Positions 1 to 8,627 of a stretch of 31,551 nucleotides of DNA are shown one piece after another. The stretch covers positions 1-31,551 of the forward strand of contig JBBRSF010000001.1 of assembly GCA_038245685.1 (NCBI GenBank), given 5' to 3'. Below the pieces are notes generated by a model. It saw only the letters and a program-made list of their open reading frames with translations. It was not told the DNA's origin and did no database searches. This DNA comes from Minisyncoccia bacterium (GTDB lineage Bacteria; Patescibacteriota; Minisyncoccia; Phycocordibacterales; UBA9973). Position numbers and translations under genes: made by a program. Every line of letters begins with the position of its first letter. Position 1 is the first letter of the stretch.

Positions 1-165
1 CACAAATGATTCTTCTCCTTCCGATACTGCTATGATAACAGGAACATTTAGTTTCTTTGCAGCATTATAAATTGCGTGAAATTCTTCAATATTTGAAATA
101 TTAAAATGTCCTATTGCAACCTTTTTTTCTTCCGCTTCTTTTATGCACTCACGCAATGTTTTCAT
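1..165 (-). CDS. fba: Class II fructose-bisphosphate aldolase, N-terminal part (runs off the window edge)
   Basis: Not in the ORF track. Manual translation from ATG at 165 gives MKTLRECIKEAEEKKVAIGHFNISNIEEFHAIYNAAKKLNVPVIIAVSEGEESFV, matching the class II aldolase N-terminus (A.g.fN..n.E...a...AA.....PvIi..SeG). Confidence 0.85.
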   Translation of the reverse strand, partial: MKTLRECIKEAEEKKVAIGHFNISNIEEFHAIYNAAKKLNVPVIIAVSEGEESFV

Positions 166-190
166 ATTTTGATTAGTGGAGTAAAATTCG

Positions 191-1621
191 CTACTCGGTT
201 AATAAATCTATTAATAATTGCTTCGTTACAGTAGGATTTGCGCTGCCTTTTGTCTCTTTCATTATTTGTCCGACTAAAGACATTAGTGCTTGTTCTTTGC
301 CTCCCTTATAATCTGCTACAACTTTTGGGTTGGCTTCAATTATTTTCTCTGCTACTTCTTGCAATGAGCCAGTATCATTTTTTTGTAGTAAACCATTTTC
401 CTCCGAAATTTTAAGCGGAGACTTATCTTCTATCGCAATCATTCCTAATATGTCTTTTGCTCCGCGAGAAGATATTTTTCCTTCTTGTATCAAAAAGATA
501 AGCTCGGCGAAGTTTTTCGCGCTTGGGAATTTCACTTCTGGATTATTCTTTTTCAATCCGACATAGTCAGTAGTTATATAGTTTGAAGCGATTTTAATTT
601 TTTCTTTATCATTTAGTATTTTTGCCACGTCTTCAAACCATCTTCCGGTGGGAAGATCATTTATATATACTTCTATATCTTCATCTTTGATTTCAAAATC
701 TTTTTTAAATCTGGCACGCATAACTTCCGGCAATTCCGGTAATTCCCTTTTCATTTTATCCAAATCAAAAGCTTCGTGCAGCTTCATTTTAGGTAGATCA
801 GGATCGGGGAAATATCGATAGTCTTCACTAGACTCCTTTTTCCTTTGCGAGTAAGTAGCTTGCTTGCTTTCATCCCATCCCCTTGTCTCCTGAGTAATAT
901 CTGCACCTTTTCCTTCATCAAGTAACTTAGTCATACGATCTACTTCGTATTTTATAGCCCGCTCCACGCTTCGAAATGAATTTAAATTCTTTACTTCTAC
1001 TTTTGTTCCGAGCTTTCCTTTTTCGGCAGATATGGAAATATTTGCTTCCACTCTCATTTCTCCTTTATCCATATTCGCTTCCGAAACTCCTAGGTACCAA
1101 AGTATGAGCTGAAGCTCCTTCGCAAACTTCGAAGCTCCCTTCGCAGTATCCTCTCGATTTTCGAAAGTGTGTGGCTCGGTGACGAGTTCCAAAAGTGGCA
1201 CACCTGCGCGATTAAAATCAATGAGCGAAAAATCTCCGCGGTCATGTTTATTGTTCGCCGTGTCTTCTTCGAGATGTATCCTGGTAACATCAAAGTCTGC
1301 CAAATACCCGCCGGAAACTATCGGGTATTTATATTGCGATATCTGGTAGCCTTTTGGAATATCGGGATAAAAATAATTCTTGCGATCAAACTCTGTAAAG
1401 TCAGCAATTTTACCGTCTATGGCAAGACCGACTTTTATCACATTCTCTATAGCTTTTTTGTTCGGCACCGGAAGCGCCCCTGGGTGCGCCATGCAAACTG
1501 GACAGATATTTACGTTCGGATTTTCCTCATCAGGATTATTCTTGCACGCACAAAACATCTTGGTATTCGTCTTTAGCTCTGCATGCACTTCAAGCCCAAT
1601 TGTAGGGTAATATTTTGCCAT
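191..1621 (-). CDS. gatB: Asp-tRNA(Asn)/Glu-tRNA(Gln) amidotransferase subunit B
   Basis: Motifs IGLEVHAEL, RKNYFYPDIPKGYQISQ, RIHLEED, DFNRAGVPLLELVTEP, EVKNLNS and YRYFPDPDLP, plus a C-terminal Yqey-like domain. Confidence 0.98.
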   Translation of the reverse strand: MAKYYPTIGLEVHAELKTNTKMFCACKNNPDEENPNVNICPVCMAHPGALPVPNKKAIENVIKVGLAIDGKIADFTEFDRKNYFYPDIPKGYQISQYKYPIVSGGYLADFDVTRIHLEEDTANNKHDRGDFSLIDFNRAGVPLLELVTEPHTFENREDTAKGASKFAKELQLILWYLGVSEANMDKGEMRVEANISISAEKGKLGTKVEVKNLNSFRSVERAIKYEVDRMTKLLDEGKGADITQETRGWDESKQATYSQRKKESSEDYRYFPDPDLPKMKLHEAFDLDKMKRELPELPEVMRARFKKDFEIKDEDIEVYINDLPTGRWFEDVAKILNDKEKIKIASNYITTDYVGLKKNNPEVKFPSAKNFAELIFLIQEGKISSRGAKDILGMIAIEDKSPLKISEENGLLQKNDTGSLQEVAEKIIEANPKVVADYKGGKEQALMSLVGQIMKETKGSANPTVTKQLLIDLLTE

Positions 1622-1623
1622 TT

Positions 1624-2616
1624 TTACTTCTTCTTTAAAATTTTTGCCAATTCGTCACTCGTCTTTTTAACTAGTTTATCATCAAAAAGGGACAAAACAA
1701 AAACTTTTTTACTTATCTTTTTAAACGCTGTCACATTTTTCTCGATTATCTTATCCGTCACCATATCACTTTTAGTAAGAATAATTATTTCGTCTTTTGA
1801 GGAAAGTCCTTCATCCCCCAAGTCTAATTTCTCATCATACTGCTCGAGTTCTTTTCTTACTTCTTTGTAGGTAGCCATCATTTTAGGATTCTCGAAGGAA
1901 ACCAAATGTGCCAACATTTTGGTGCGTTTGATATGACGCAAAAATTTAACTCCTAGTCCTTTTCCTTCGGAAGCTCCTTCGATGATTCCTGGAATGTCCG
2001 CAATCACATATCCATAAAAATCTCCGAGGTTCGGATCGAGTGTAGTAAAAGCATAGTCTCCTACTTTGGCTTGAGCATTTGTAAGAGAATTAAGAAGAGA
2101 TGATTTTCCAGCGTTCGGCAGTCCTATCAATCCTATATCCGCAAAAAGTTCTAACTCAATCTTAAAATTCCCTTTCTCTCCTTCACCGCCTAAGCGAGAT
2201 TCTTTCGGTGTAGTATTCGTAGAACTTTTGAAATGTTCATTGCCAAATCCTCCGTAGCCACCTTTAAGCACCATAAACTTCTCACCTTCATCTTTTAATT
2301 GCCAGCTCTCTTCAGTATCAAGATTTGTGACGATAGAACCTATGGGAAGATCCAAATAAAAGTCTTCGCCGTTTGCGCCATGCAGGCTTTTATTGCCTCC
2401 ATCTTCTCCTCGCCCAGCCGAAAAACTTTTCTTTGCTTTATATTTAGAAAGTATATGAATGTCACGAACGGCTATAACAAAAAAATCTCCCCCGCGTCCG
2501 CCGTCTCCGCCAGAAGGTCCACCTTTTGGCACAAATTTCTCCTGTCGCCAACGCACGACTCCGTTCCCGCCGTTTCCTGCAGCGGCTTCTATTTTCATCT
2601 CATCGATAAATGCCAT
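1624..2616 (-). CDS. obgE: GTPase Obg/CgtA (no C-terminal extension)
   Basis: Gly-rich Obg fold (GNGGNG, GGDGGRGGD) and G motifs GLPNAGKS, YAFTT, DIPG and TKSD. Confidence 0.97.
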   Translation of the reverse strand: MAFIDEMKIEAAAGNGGNGVVRWRQEKFVPKGGPSGGDGGRGGDFFVIAVRDIHILSKYKAKKSFSAGRGEDGGNKSLHGANGEDFYLDLPIGSIVTNLDTEESWQLKDEGEKFMVLKGGYGGFGNEHFKSSTNTTPKESRLGGEGEKGNFKIELELFADIGLIGLPNAGKSSLLNSLTNAQAKVGDYAFTTLDPNLGDFYGYVIADIPGIIEGASEGKGLGVKFLRHIKRTKMLAHLVSFENPKMMATYKEVRKELEQYDEKLDLGDEGLSSKDEIIILTKSDMVTDKIIEKNVTAFKKISKKVFVLSLFDDKLVKKTSDELAKILKKK

Positions 2617-2618
2617 AT

Positions 2619-3527
2619 TTATGATTCTACCGCAATTTGAGCAAGTTTAATAGCCCCCTCTTTAGACAGTGCTGACGCCATGAAAAGTGCCCTATGACAA
2701 AAAACTGCGTCAGGTACTCCGGTAACTTTCTGCAATTCTTGATCCGTAAGCCCTGCCCATGAGCTTGGTAGGTCTTTCCGGTTCTCGAAATTCTGCGGAT
2801 TCTTTCGCACAGCTTTCACCCCCCAGCCGTTTCCGGCCTTACGCGGAAAGACTACATAAAGGGGCTCCGAAAAATTAACGAGTACGATGTGTTCGAATGG
2901 ATAATTCTTGTCGAGTATAATAATCCTTTTGTCTTTACTCGTTTCGTATGCTTCTAAAACATCTTTTTCTCCTTCAAGAAAACTCTGTGCCTGAAGTATC
3001 TCCCGATCTATAATTTTTCTGGCAAATGAAACGCAATCTAAAAAAATCTCATCCGTCTTCGAATCATCTTCTTTCCACGTTGGCACCATTGAGTGAAAAA
3101 AGGTTTGAATATAATATGGCGTGATTTCGCTTTTTGGAATAGCCAGATCGATGCCATTATCCGCTGCATCAACAGGCGCACAAAGTTTTTTCTGAATTAT
3201 TTCTGCCGCACGTTTCGATCCAGCCAATTTCTCCCCAAACTTTTTCCAGACAAGACCAAAAGAAGAATATTCTATGCCTTGCGGTCCCTGCCCTGCTCCG
3301 CCTATCTGATGATGATCGAATCTGTTTGCGTTTTCATCATATATTCCACCCACATCAAAAAGATAGTCTCCTGTTTTCAACGCTTCCGGGTCTCGGGAGC
3401 GAATTATTTCATAACTTTCGCCCTCTCGCTCGAGCATCATGCCTAAGGCCGCCGCAGAGAAAATATCATCTGCGTGAAATGCTCCGTTGTGGGTTATTAA
3501 CTTTACTACCTTGTTATTGTTGCTCAT
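2619..3527 (-). CDS. MYG1 (UPF0160) family DHH-type exonuclease
   Basis: Motifs THNGAFHADD, DVGG, FDHHQ and FCHRALF. Start moved from 3551 to the ATG at 3527 (MSNNNK), which reduces the overlap with dedA. Confidence 0.9.
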   Translation of the reverse strand: MSNNNKVVKLITHNGAFHADDIFSAAALGMMLEREGESYEIIRSRDPEALKTGDYLFDVGGIYDENANRFDHHQIGGAGQGPQGIEYSSFGLVWKKFGEKLAGSKRAAEIIQKKLCAPVDAADNGIDLAIPKSEITPYYIQTFFHSMVPTWKEDDSKTDEIFLDCVSFARKIIDREILQAQSFLEGEKDVLEAYETSKDKRIIILDKNYPFEHIVLVNFSEPLYVVFPRKAGNGWGVKAVRKNPQNFENRKDLPSSWAGLTDQELQKVTGVPDAVFCHRALFMASALSKEGAIKLAQIAVES

Positions 3528-4119
3528 TATAATATTCTTCAAATAATTCATATACCCAACTCACTAGTTTATCAAATATAACGTAAATTGCCAGTAAGAC
3601 TATAACCACAAGCAAAAATCTCCAGACCTCCCTACTTACATTTAATGCAGTAAAGCTAAACACATAACCCAGACTGAGCATGATCGGAGCCCAAACTAAA
3701 ATGCTTAGCGCCTCTGCTTTAAAAAATTTCTTATAATCAATTTTTTCGTAACCTGAGAAAATGATAACTATATTGTTTGCGCCCCAAATGAATTTAGATA
3801 TGAAAATAGACCAAAATGGTCTCTTCTTGAATCGCGGCAGAAGTATATAGACACGTTTTTTAATATAATTTAAAATTTTATGATTTTTAAATTTAACGCT
3901 CAGGAATTCTCCTAGGGCATATCCTAGAAACGGCTTAGCGAATGCAGCAATTAAAACAATGATTATAGTAGTGTATAAATTGAGTGCGCCTAAATGCAAC
4001 AAAACTCCCACGGAAATTACAAAAATTTCACCTTCAAATATTACTCCGAGAAAAATTATCGCATAGGTAAGAAGTTGATGATGCTCAACCAATCGTATCA
4101 AAAGATTTACTGTATGCAT
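3514..4119 (-). CDS. DedA/VTT family membrane protein
   Basis: Hydrophobic 201-aa protein with FEGE near the N-terminus, then GYALG, ISKFIWG and a SGYEKIDYKKFF..EALS..VWA segment, as in DedA proteins. Confidence 0.8.
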   Translation of the reverse strand: MHTVNLLIRLVEHHQLLTYAIIFLGVIFEGEIFVISVGVLLHLGALNLYTTIIIVLIAAFAKPFLGYALGEFLSVKFKNHKILNYIKKRVYILLPRFKKRPFWSIFISKFIWGANNIVIIFSGYEKIDYKKFFKAEALSILVWAPIMLSLGYVFSFTALNVSREVWRFLLVVIVLLAIYVIFDKLVSWVYELFEEYYNEQQ

Positions 4120-4134
4120 AAATGGACAGTTTAA

Positions 4135-4584
4135 TTAAAAAAGAGAATCCACCGCTTCTTTGACCACTGTCCCATCTGCCTTACCTTTAAGATCTTTCAT
4201 CAGGGCTGACATAAGCATGCCTTTCTTGGTAGGGTCAGTAATGCCGAGCTCTTCCTTTTTTGCGATTGCTATCTTCTCAACTTCGCTTTTATCCATAAGC
4301 TTCGGCAAATATGTTTCCAATATTTTAAGCTGAGCTTCTTCTTCTTTGACTAGATCTTCCCTTCCTCCTTTTGTGAATTGCTCAATAGAGTCTTTTCTTT
4401 GCTTGGAAAGTCGAGTGATGACTGCGAGAGCATCTGCGTCCTCGAGAATTTCATTGGGCTTCCTGTTCTTTGCAATAAGCTCATTCGTAAAAGCCGATGA
4501 CATACCCCGATAAGTTTCCAAGGAAACAGTATCCTTTGCCATCATTGCCTCTTTTATTTTATTTTTTATTTCTTCCTGCAACAT
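4135..4584 (-). CDS. GatB/YqeY domain protein
   Basis: 149 aa with IKEAMMAKD, KQRKDSIEQFTKGGREDL, ILETYLP and GKADG, the YqeY signature segments. Confidence 0.93.
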   Translation of the reverse strand: MLQEEIKNKIKEAMMAKDTVSLETYRGMSSAFTNELIAKNRKPNEILEDADALAVITRLSKQRKDSIEQFTKGGREDLVKEEEAQLKILETYLPKLMDKSEVEKIAIAKKEELGITDPTKKGMLMSALMKDLKGKADGTVVKEAVDSLF

Positions 4585-4597
4585 AAATTTATTACAT

Positions 4598-4674
4598 ATA
4601 AATTTAGGAAATAAGTTTTACAAGAGCCTTATCCTTATGACCTAACGCAGTAAAATTTGATTTCCTAAATTTAT
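4598..4674. repeat. Long inverted repeat / hairpin between divergent genes
   Basis: ATAAATTTAGGAAAT (4598-4612) is the exact reverse complement of 4660-4674. An inner AGTTTTAC/GTAAAATT pairing extends the stem. Confidence 0.85.
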
Positions 4675-4710
4675 TTTCTCATTATACCAAATCCATGATA
4701 AAATAGCACC

Positions 4711-5427
4711 ATGAAAAACCTTATATTTTTCGACACTGAAACTACTGGAAATACAGAGAAGGATTTCCTCTGTCAGATAGCTTACAAAAGTATCGAAGAA
4801 AATTTTGTTGGTTTATATAAACCCCCAGTAAAAATGCCCCCGGAGGCTTCGGCTATTCATCACATTTCAAACAAAATGATAGCGGATATGGCATCTTTTA
4901 AAGAAAGTCCCGATTATAAAAAAATAAAATCTCTTTTTGAAAGCGCGGATTCAGTAGTTATAGCTCACAATGCCCCCTTTGACCTTATGATAATAAAAAA
5001 AGAAGACATCATCCCTAAAAACTTTATCTGCACTTTGCGCGTGGCTCGAGAACTAGACCGCGAGGGAAAAATCGATAGATACAATCTACAATATTTGCGA
5101 TACCTTTTAGATATAGATGTCGAAGCCACGGCTCATGATGCCATGGGAGACGTGATAGTGCTTGAAAAACTTTTTGAAAGACTTCAAAAGAAAATAATGG
5201 AAGAAGACAATTTAGACGTAGAGGGCGCGATAGAAAAAATGATAAAGATCTCTCTCCACCCTTCACTTATGAGAACTTTTGGCTTCGGTAAACACAATGG
5301 TAAAAAAATCGAGGAAGTTCTAGCTACTGACCGCGGATACTTGGAATGGCTCCTCGCCCAGAAACTTGAAAGCGACCAGATAGAAGATGACTGGATATAT
5401 ACACTCAAGCACCATCTTGAAAAATAG
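4711..5427 (+). CDS. DEDDh 3'-5' exonuclease (ExoX / DNA polymerase III epsilon-like) with a short C-terminal domain
   Basis: Exo I FFDTETTG, Exo II HNAPFD and Exo III HDAMGD, plus the C-terminal motif FGFGKHNGK..E....D.GYLEWL. Confidence 0.9.
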   Translation: MKNLIFFDTETTGNTEKDFLCQIAYKSIEENFVGLYKPPVKMPPEASAIHHISNKMIADMASFKESPDYKKIKSLFESADSVVIAHNAPFDLMIIKKEDIIPKNFICTLRVARELDREGKIDRYNLQYLRYLLDIDVEATAHDAMGDVIVLEKLFERLQKKIMEEDNLDVEGAIEKMIKISLHPSLMRTFGFGKHNGKKIEEVLATDRGYLEWLLAQKLESDQIEDDWIYTLKHHLEK

Positions 5428-5438
5428 CCTTATTTTTC

Positions 5439-5502
5439 TTGACAAAATATAATTTTCGTGTAAACTGCTAAGTAATTCGTACAAAAATTTTTAACAAGGA
5501 GG
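5439..5502 (+). promoter_or_regulatory. Sigma70-type promoter and Shine-Dalgarno for the 5511 ORF
   Basis: TTGACA (5439-5444), 16-nt spacer, TAAACT (5461-5466). AGGAGG at 5497-5502 lies 8 nt before the ATG at 5511. Confidence 0.6.
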
Positions 5503-5510
5503 ATCATGCC

Positions 5511-5756
5511 ATGTGGTTAGTAGGAGATGTTCTCGTAATTTTACCGGGAGAGGAAGTGAGGCTGCTGGTAGCAGAAACCCGAGGAAAAATGCTGGTCGCA
5601 ATCGCAGAAGTAGATGTTCCCGAGTGGGTAACCGGCCACAATAACACGTTGAAGGAATTCATCCAACAATTCGCTTGCCGGCACAAGCGAAACACTCAGG
5701 TGGCAACTTCACTCACGGTCTTGCTCCGCTCGGCGCAAGACGCGCACTATATGTAA
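5511..5756 (+). CDS. Orphan hypothetical protein, 81 aa
   Basis: Has its own promoter, an AGGAGG and a terminator directly after the stop. No family recognised. Confidence 0.7.
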   Translation: MWLVGDVLVILPGEEVRLLVAETRGKMLVAIAEVDVPEWVTGHNNTLKEFIQQFACRHKRNTQVATSLTVLLRSAQDAHYM

Positions 5757-5758
5757 AC

Positions 5759-5799
5759 GCCGCACGGAGAGCTTGCTCCCGGGCGGCTCTTCTTTTTTT
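5759..5799 (+). terminator. Intrinsic terminator
   Basis: GCCGC/GCGGC outer stem with an inner GGAG/CTCC stem, followed by TCTTCTTTTTTT. Confidence 0.7.
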
Positions 5800-5815
5800 A
5801 TGTTAAAATAAATAA

Positions 5816-6904
5816 ATGCAAAATGGGATAGAAATAATAATAGGGCTATTCATCGGGGGCATAGTCACTTATTTTATTCTTGGCAGAAAAAAGGAGGAGA
5901 ATAAAAAAGCAGATGACCAGTCATTTCTCCTTTTACAACAGCAACTTTCCGAACTTGCGCGAGGACTAGACTCTAAACTTACCGAATCGCGCCGAGACAT
6001 GCAGGATGCAGTCCGCACCCAATTCTCAGAATCCCAAAAATTATTAAAAGACATCAACGAGCAGATGAGCAAAAGCTTGTTAGATGTAGCTCGTGAGCAA
6101 ACCAAGACAAATGAAGCTACCAGGCAGTTCGTGACTATCGCTGAAAAGCTTGGCGACCTTGAAAAAACTTTAAAACATCAGAAGCAACGGGGCAACTGGG
6201 GCGAAGCATCACTCGAACTCATCCTTTCAAATACTCTGGCTCCCGGACAGTATAAGATGCAATATGAGTTTAAGAATAAAGAAGTAGTGGACGCAGTGAT
6301 CGTGACTAAAGAAGGAATCATCCCCATAGATGCAAAGTTCTCACTAGATAATTATGACCGAGTCGTGCATGCGATAGACGACCGCCAGCGTGAAGAACTT
6401 GAAAAAGAATTCAAGAACGATTTAAAGAAAAGAATCGACGAGACCGCAAAATACGTACGCCCGGAAGAAGGCACTCTCCCCTTTGCATTTATGTATATTC
6501 CGGCAGAAGCGATTTATTACGACCTACTCGTGAACGAAGTCGGCTCCATAAAAGTAAACACTCGTAATCTCATCGACTACGCATACAATGAGAAAAAAGT
6601 CATCGTAATCTCCCCGACTACTTTTATGGCCTACCTCCAGTCCGTACTCTATGGATTTAAAGCATTCAAAATAGAAGAGTCAGCCAAAGAAATAATTAAA
6701 AAAGTAGAAGACCTCGGTAAGCATTTAAAATCTTATGATGAATACCACAACAAACTCGGCAATGCCCTAGGTACAGTGGTCAACCATTATAATGCTTCAA
6801 ATAAAGAACTTAAAAAAATAGATAAAGATGTTCTCAAAATCTCTGGCACTTCGCCTGAGATTTCTCTTCTAGAGATAGAGAAGCCAAAAACGTTTGAAGA
6901 ATAA
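5816..6904 (+). CDS. rmuC: DNA recombination protein RmuC
   Basis: N-terminal membrane anchor and coiled coil, then RGNWGE..LE.IL, IDAKF, FAFMYIPAE.IY and SPTT. Confidence 0.93.
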   Translation: MQNGIEIIIGLFIGGIVTYFILGRKKEENKKADDQSFLLLQQQLSELARGLDSKLTESRRDMQDAVRTQFSESQKLLKDINEQMSKSLLDVAREQTKTNEATRQFVTIAEKLGDLEKTLKHQKQRGNWGEASLELILSNTLAPGQYKMQYEFKNKEVVDAVIVTKEGIIPIDAKFSLDNYDRVVHAIDDRQREELEKEFKNDLKKRIDETAKYVRPEEGTLPFAFMYIPAEAIYYDLLVNEVGSIKVNTRNLIDYAYNEKKVIVISPTTFMAYLQSVLYGFKAFKIEESAKEIIKKVEDLGKHLKSYDEYHNKLGNALGTVVNHYNASNKELKKIDKDVLKISGTSPEISLLEIEKPKTFEE

Positions 6905-6912
6905 GAATTGAA

Positions 6913-6945
6913 TTGAAAACGACCAGCCCTTTCGGAACTGGTCGT
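6913..6945 (-). terminator. Intrinsic terminator between convergent rmuC and the 6975-7208 ORF
   Basis: ACGACCAG/CTGGTCGT 8-bp stem with a short T run on the minus strand. A second hairpin GAGCC-TCAA-GGCTC lies next to it. Confidence 0.6.
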
Positions 6946-6974
6946 GTGGAGCCTCAAGGCTCGATGATCGGGTG

Positions 6975-7208
6975 CTACTCCCTCCCCCGGACAATGGGGC
7001 GAGTGAATCGAAAAAATAGATCTTCTCGGTAAACTTTTTTCTCAATCCATTCCCCCCTCTTGTCGAGGTCCCGAAAGAAGTAAAAACTAAGCGCTTCTTC
7101 ACAGTCGCCGATTTTTACTTCGTAGTATGCCAGACACCACATGCACCACGAATGCCGAATGCGTTTAAAACTTTGAGTGAAAAAGGCGCGAACGACTTTC
7201 GGAAACAT
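6975..7208 (-). CDS. Orphan hypothetical protein, 77 aa, with a CMWC motif
   Basis: AGGAGG at 7214-7219 (minus strand), 5 nt before the ATG. A TGcTATATT extended -10-like box lies upstream and a terminator downstream. Confidence 0.65.
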   Translation of the reverse strand: MFPKVVRAFFTQSFKRIRHSWCMWCLAYYEVKIGDCEEALSFYFFRDLDKRGEWIEKKVYREDLFFRFTRPIVRGRE

Positions 7209-7280
7209 TTTGTCCTCCTCTTAACAAATTCAGCGATAATATAGCATACTTCAAAATAAAATGTTATATTTTCCGCACAT

Positions 7281-7352
7281 GGCCCTATCGTCTAACGGTT
7301 AGGACATATCCTTCTCAAGGATAGAATCGCGGTTCGATTCCGCGTAGGGTCA
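7281..7352 (+). tRNA. tRNA-Glu(CTC)
   Basis: Cloverleaf: acceptor GGCCCTA/TAGGGTC, anticodon arm TATCC-TTCTCAA-GGATA, T arm CGCGG-TTCGATT-CCGCG. CCA is not encoded. Confidence 0.95.
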
Positions 7353-7358
7353 CGGCGA

Positions 7359-7388
7359 CAAAAAACTCCCACTGCTGGGAGTTTTTTG
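7359..7388 (+). terminator. Terminator-like hairpin after tRNA-Glu
   Basis: CAAAAAACTCCC/GGGAGTTTTTTG, a perfect 12-bp stem with a 6-nt loop. Confidence 0.75.
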
Positions 7389-7520
7389 CATTTCGCCGTG
7401 AAGACGGAAGTATGTTTTTCTACCAAGAAAAACAACTGAGTCCGGGGCTGGAAAATTTGCTTTCGACGGAAAGCAAATTATTGTGGCTCACATTATTTTT
7501 GCACGCGAAGCGTACAAATC
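7389..7520. repeat. Multi-hairpin element downstream of tRNA-Glu
   Basis: Stems TGTTTTTC/GAAAAACA, AATTTGCTTTC/GAAAGCAAATT and TTTG.ACGC-GAA-GCGT.CAAA. The CTGAGTCCG motif is shared with the tsaD insert. Confidence 0.6.
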
Positions 7521-7521
7521 T

Positions 7522-8118
7522 TTAATGCAATTTATCTTTTTGCCCAGAGAAAACGTCGAGGAGATATTGTATCTGCCTCATTTCGGCATAATTTCTTGTT
7601 TTAATTAGATCGAACTTTAGGCTGGCGATAGTGTCCTCCAGTATTCTCTGTTCAAGTTTCGGATGTTTTTCAAAGTTATAATCTCCCATAAACTCATCTA
7701 CCGCCTCTGGTTCAAGTCTTATCATTATTTTCGGTACTGAAGGTTCATATTTTTTCCCTTCATGAAGTTTAATAGAAGGATGATCTTTTAATTGTTTTAT
7801 CGAATCAGTAACGTCTTTTGCAGTAGTTATTTCCATGAGCATGGCTGGCTCTCTGTCAGTATAGTCCGCAATAACGCCTATGTTATGAGCTGTGGCAGTC
7901 ATCATACTTTCTGCATCTCTTAAATAAGAAGCGGGTCTGACTTTTATTACATCTCTAAAATACTTATTAAAAAAATCTATCACTATGCGTTCAGCATCCT
8001 TGGAGGTTTCCATAGTCCGTTCCGGAGACCTGTCGGCATCAATTCTTTTATGAGTTCTAGTTTCTACTCTATTATGATTTTCGCCTCTTTCTTGAGGTCT
8101 TTCGTTTAAGTTTGGCAT
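7522..8118 (-). CDS. Hypothetical protein, 198 aa
   Basis: Long ORF with a TATAAT 6 nt before the ATG. No family recognised with confidence. Confidence 0.75.
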   Translation of the reverse strand: MPNLNERPQERGENHNRVETRTHKRIDADRSPERTMETSKDAERIVIDFFNKYFRDVIKVRPASYLRDAESMMTATAHNIGVIADYTDREPAMLMEITTAKDVTDSIKQLKDHPSIKLHEGKKYEPSVPKIMIRLEPEAVDEFMGDYNFEKHPKLEQRILEDTIASLKFDLIKTRNYAEMRQIQYLLDVFSGQKDKLH

Positions 8119-8146
8119 CAGTTAATTATACACTAAAACAAAATAT

Positions 8147-8554
8147 CTAGTTTTTTTCAAGCAAAGCCAGTATCTTGTCGAGCTTGTTCACTTCTATCGA
8201 ATTAAGTCGTATCTGAAGTTGCTCTATTTCTTTCTTGGCATCCACATTTGTTCTGAAATCTTCCATGGCTTGTATCCGGTCCCGTTCGCTTTGTCTGTTC
8301 TGCGCCATCATGATAATAGGCGCGGCATATGCGGCCTGGGTGGAAAAAAGAAGATTGAGGAGAATGAACGGATAAGGATCCCAGTGATAAATAATACCGA
8401 TAATATTCAAAGCCATCCAAAGCACCACAAGAACAGTCTGAATAATAATAAATGTCCATGAACCCATACGATTCGCCACATGATCCGCTATGCGCTGACC
8501 TACGCTTAAAGATTCATGATGCTTTTCGTGCCAATTTTTTTGAGATTTTTCCAT
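8147..8554 (-). CDS. DUF1003 family membrane protein
   Basis: Motifs GQRIAD.VA..MGSW.FI, WDPYPFILLNL.FS.QAAYAAPIIMMAQNRQ..RD. Confidence 0.93.
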   Translation of the reverse strand: MEKSQKNWHEKHHESLSVGQRIADHVANRMGSWTFIIIQTVLVVLWMALNIIGIIYHWDPYPFILLNLLFSTQAAYAAPIIMMAQNRQSERDRIQAMEDFRTNVDAKKEIEQLQIRLNSIEVNKLDKILALLEKN

Positions 8555-8627
8555 AGGAATTAATTATAGCAAACTTTTTACACTTCTTATACAGACATAG
8601 CCATTATATCAAAAATTAAACAATATA

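Noticed and set aside
5506-5520. Four-codon ORF MPCG overlapping the 5511 start
   Set aside because: Its ATG is only 3 nt from the AGGAGG, too close for efficient initiation. The 5511 ATG has 8-nt spacing.
5750-5810. Hairpins after orphan genes as integron attC sites (also 14585-14645 and 21945-22005)
   Set aside because: There are no matching RYYYAAC/GTTRRRY ends, no tandem array and no integrase. The hairpins have T tracts like terminators.
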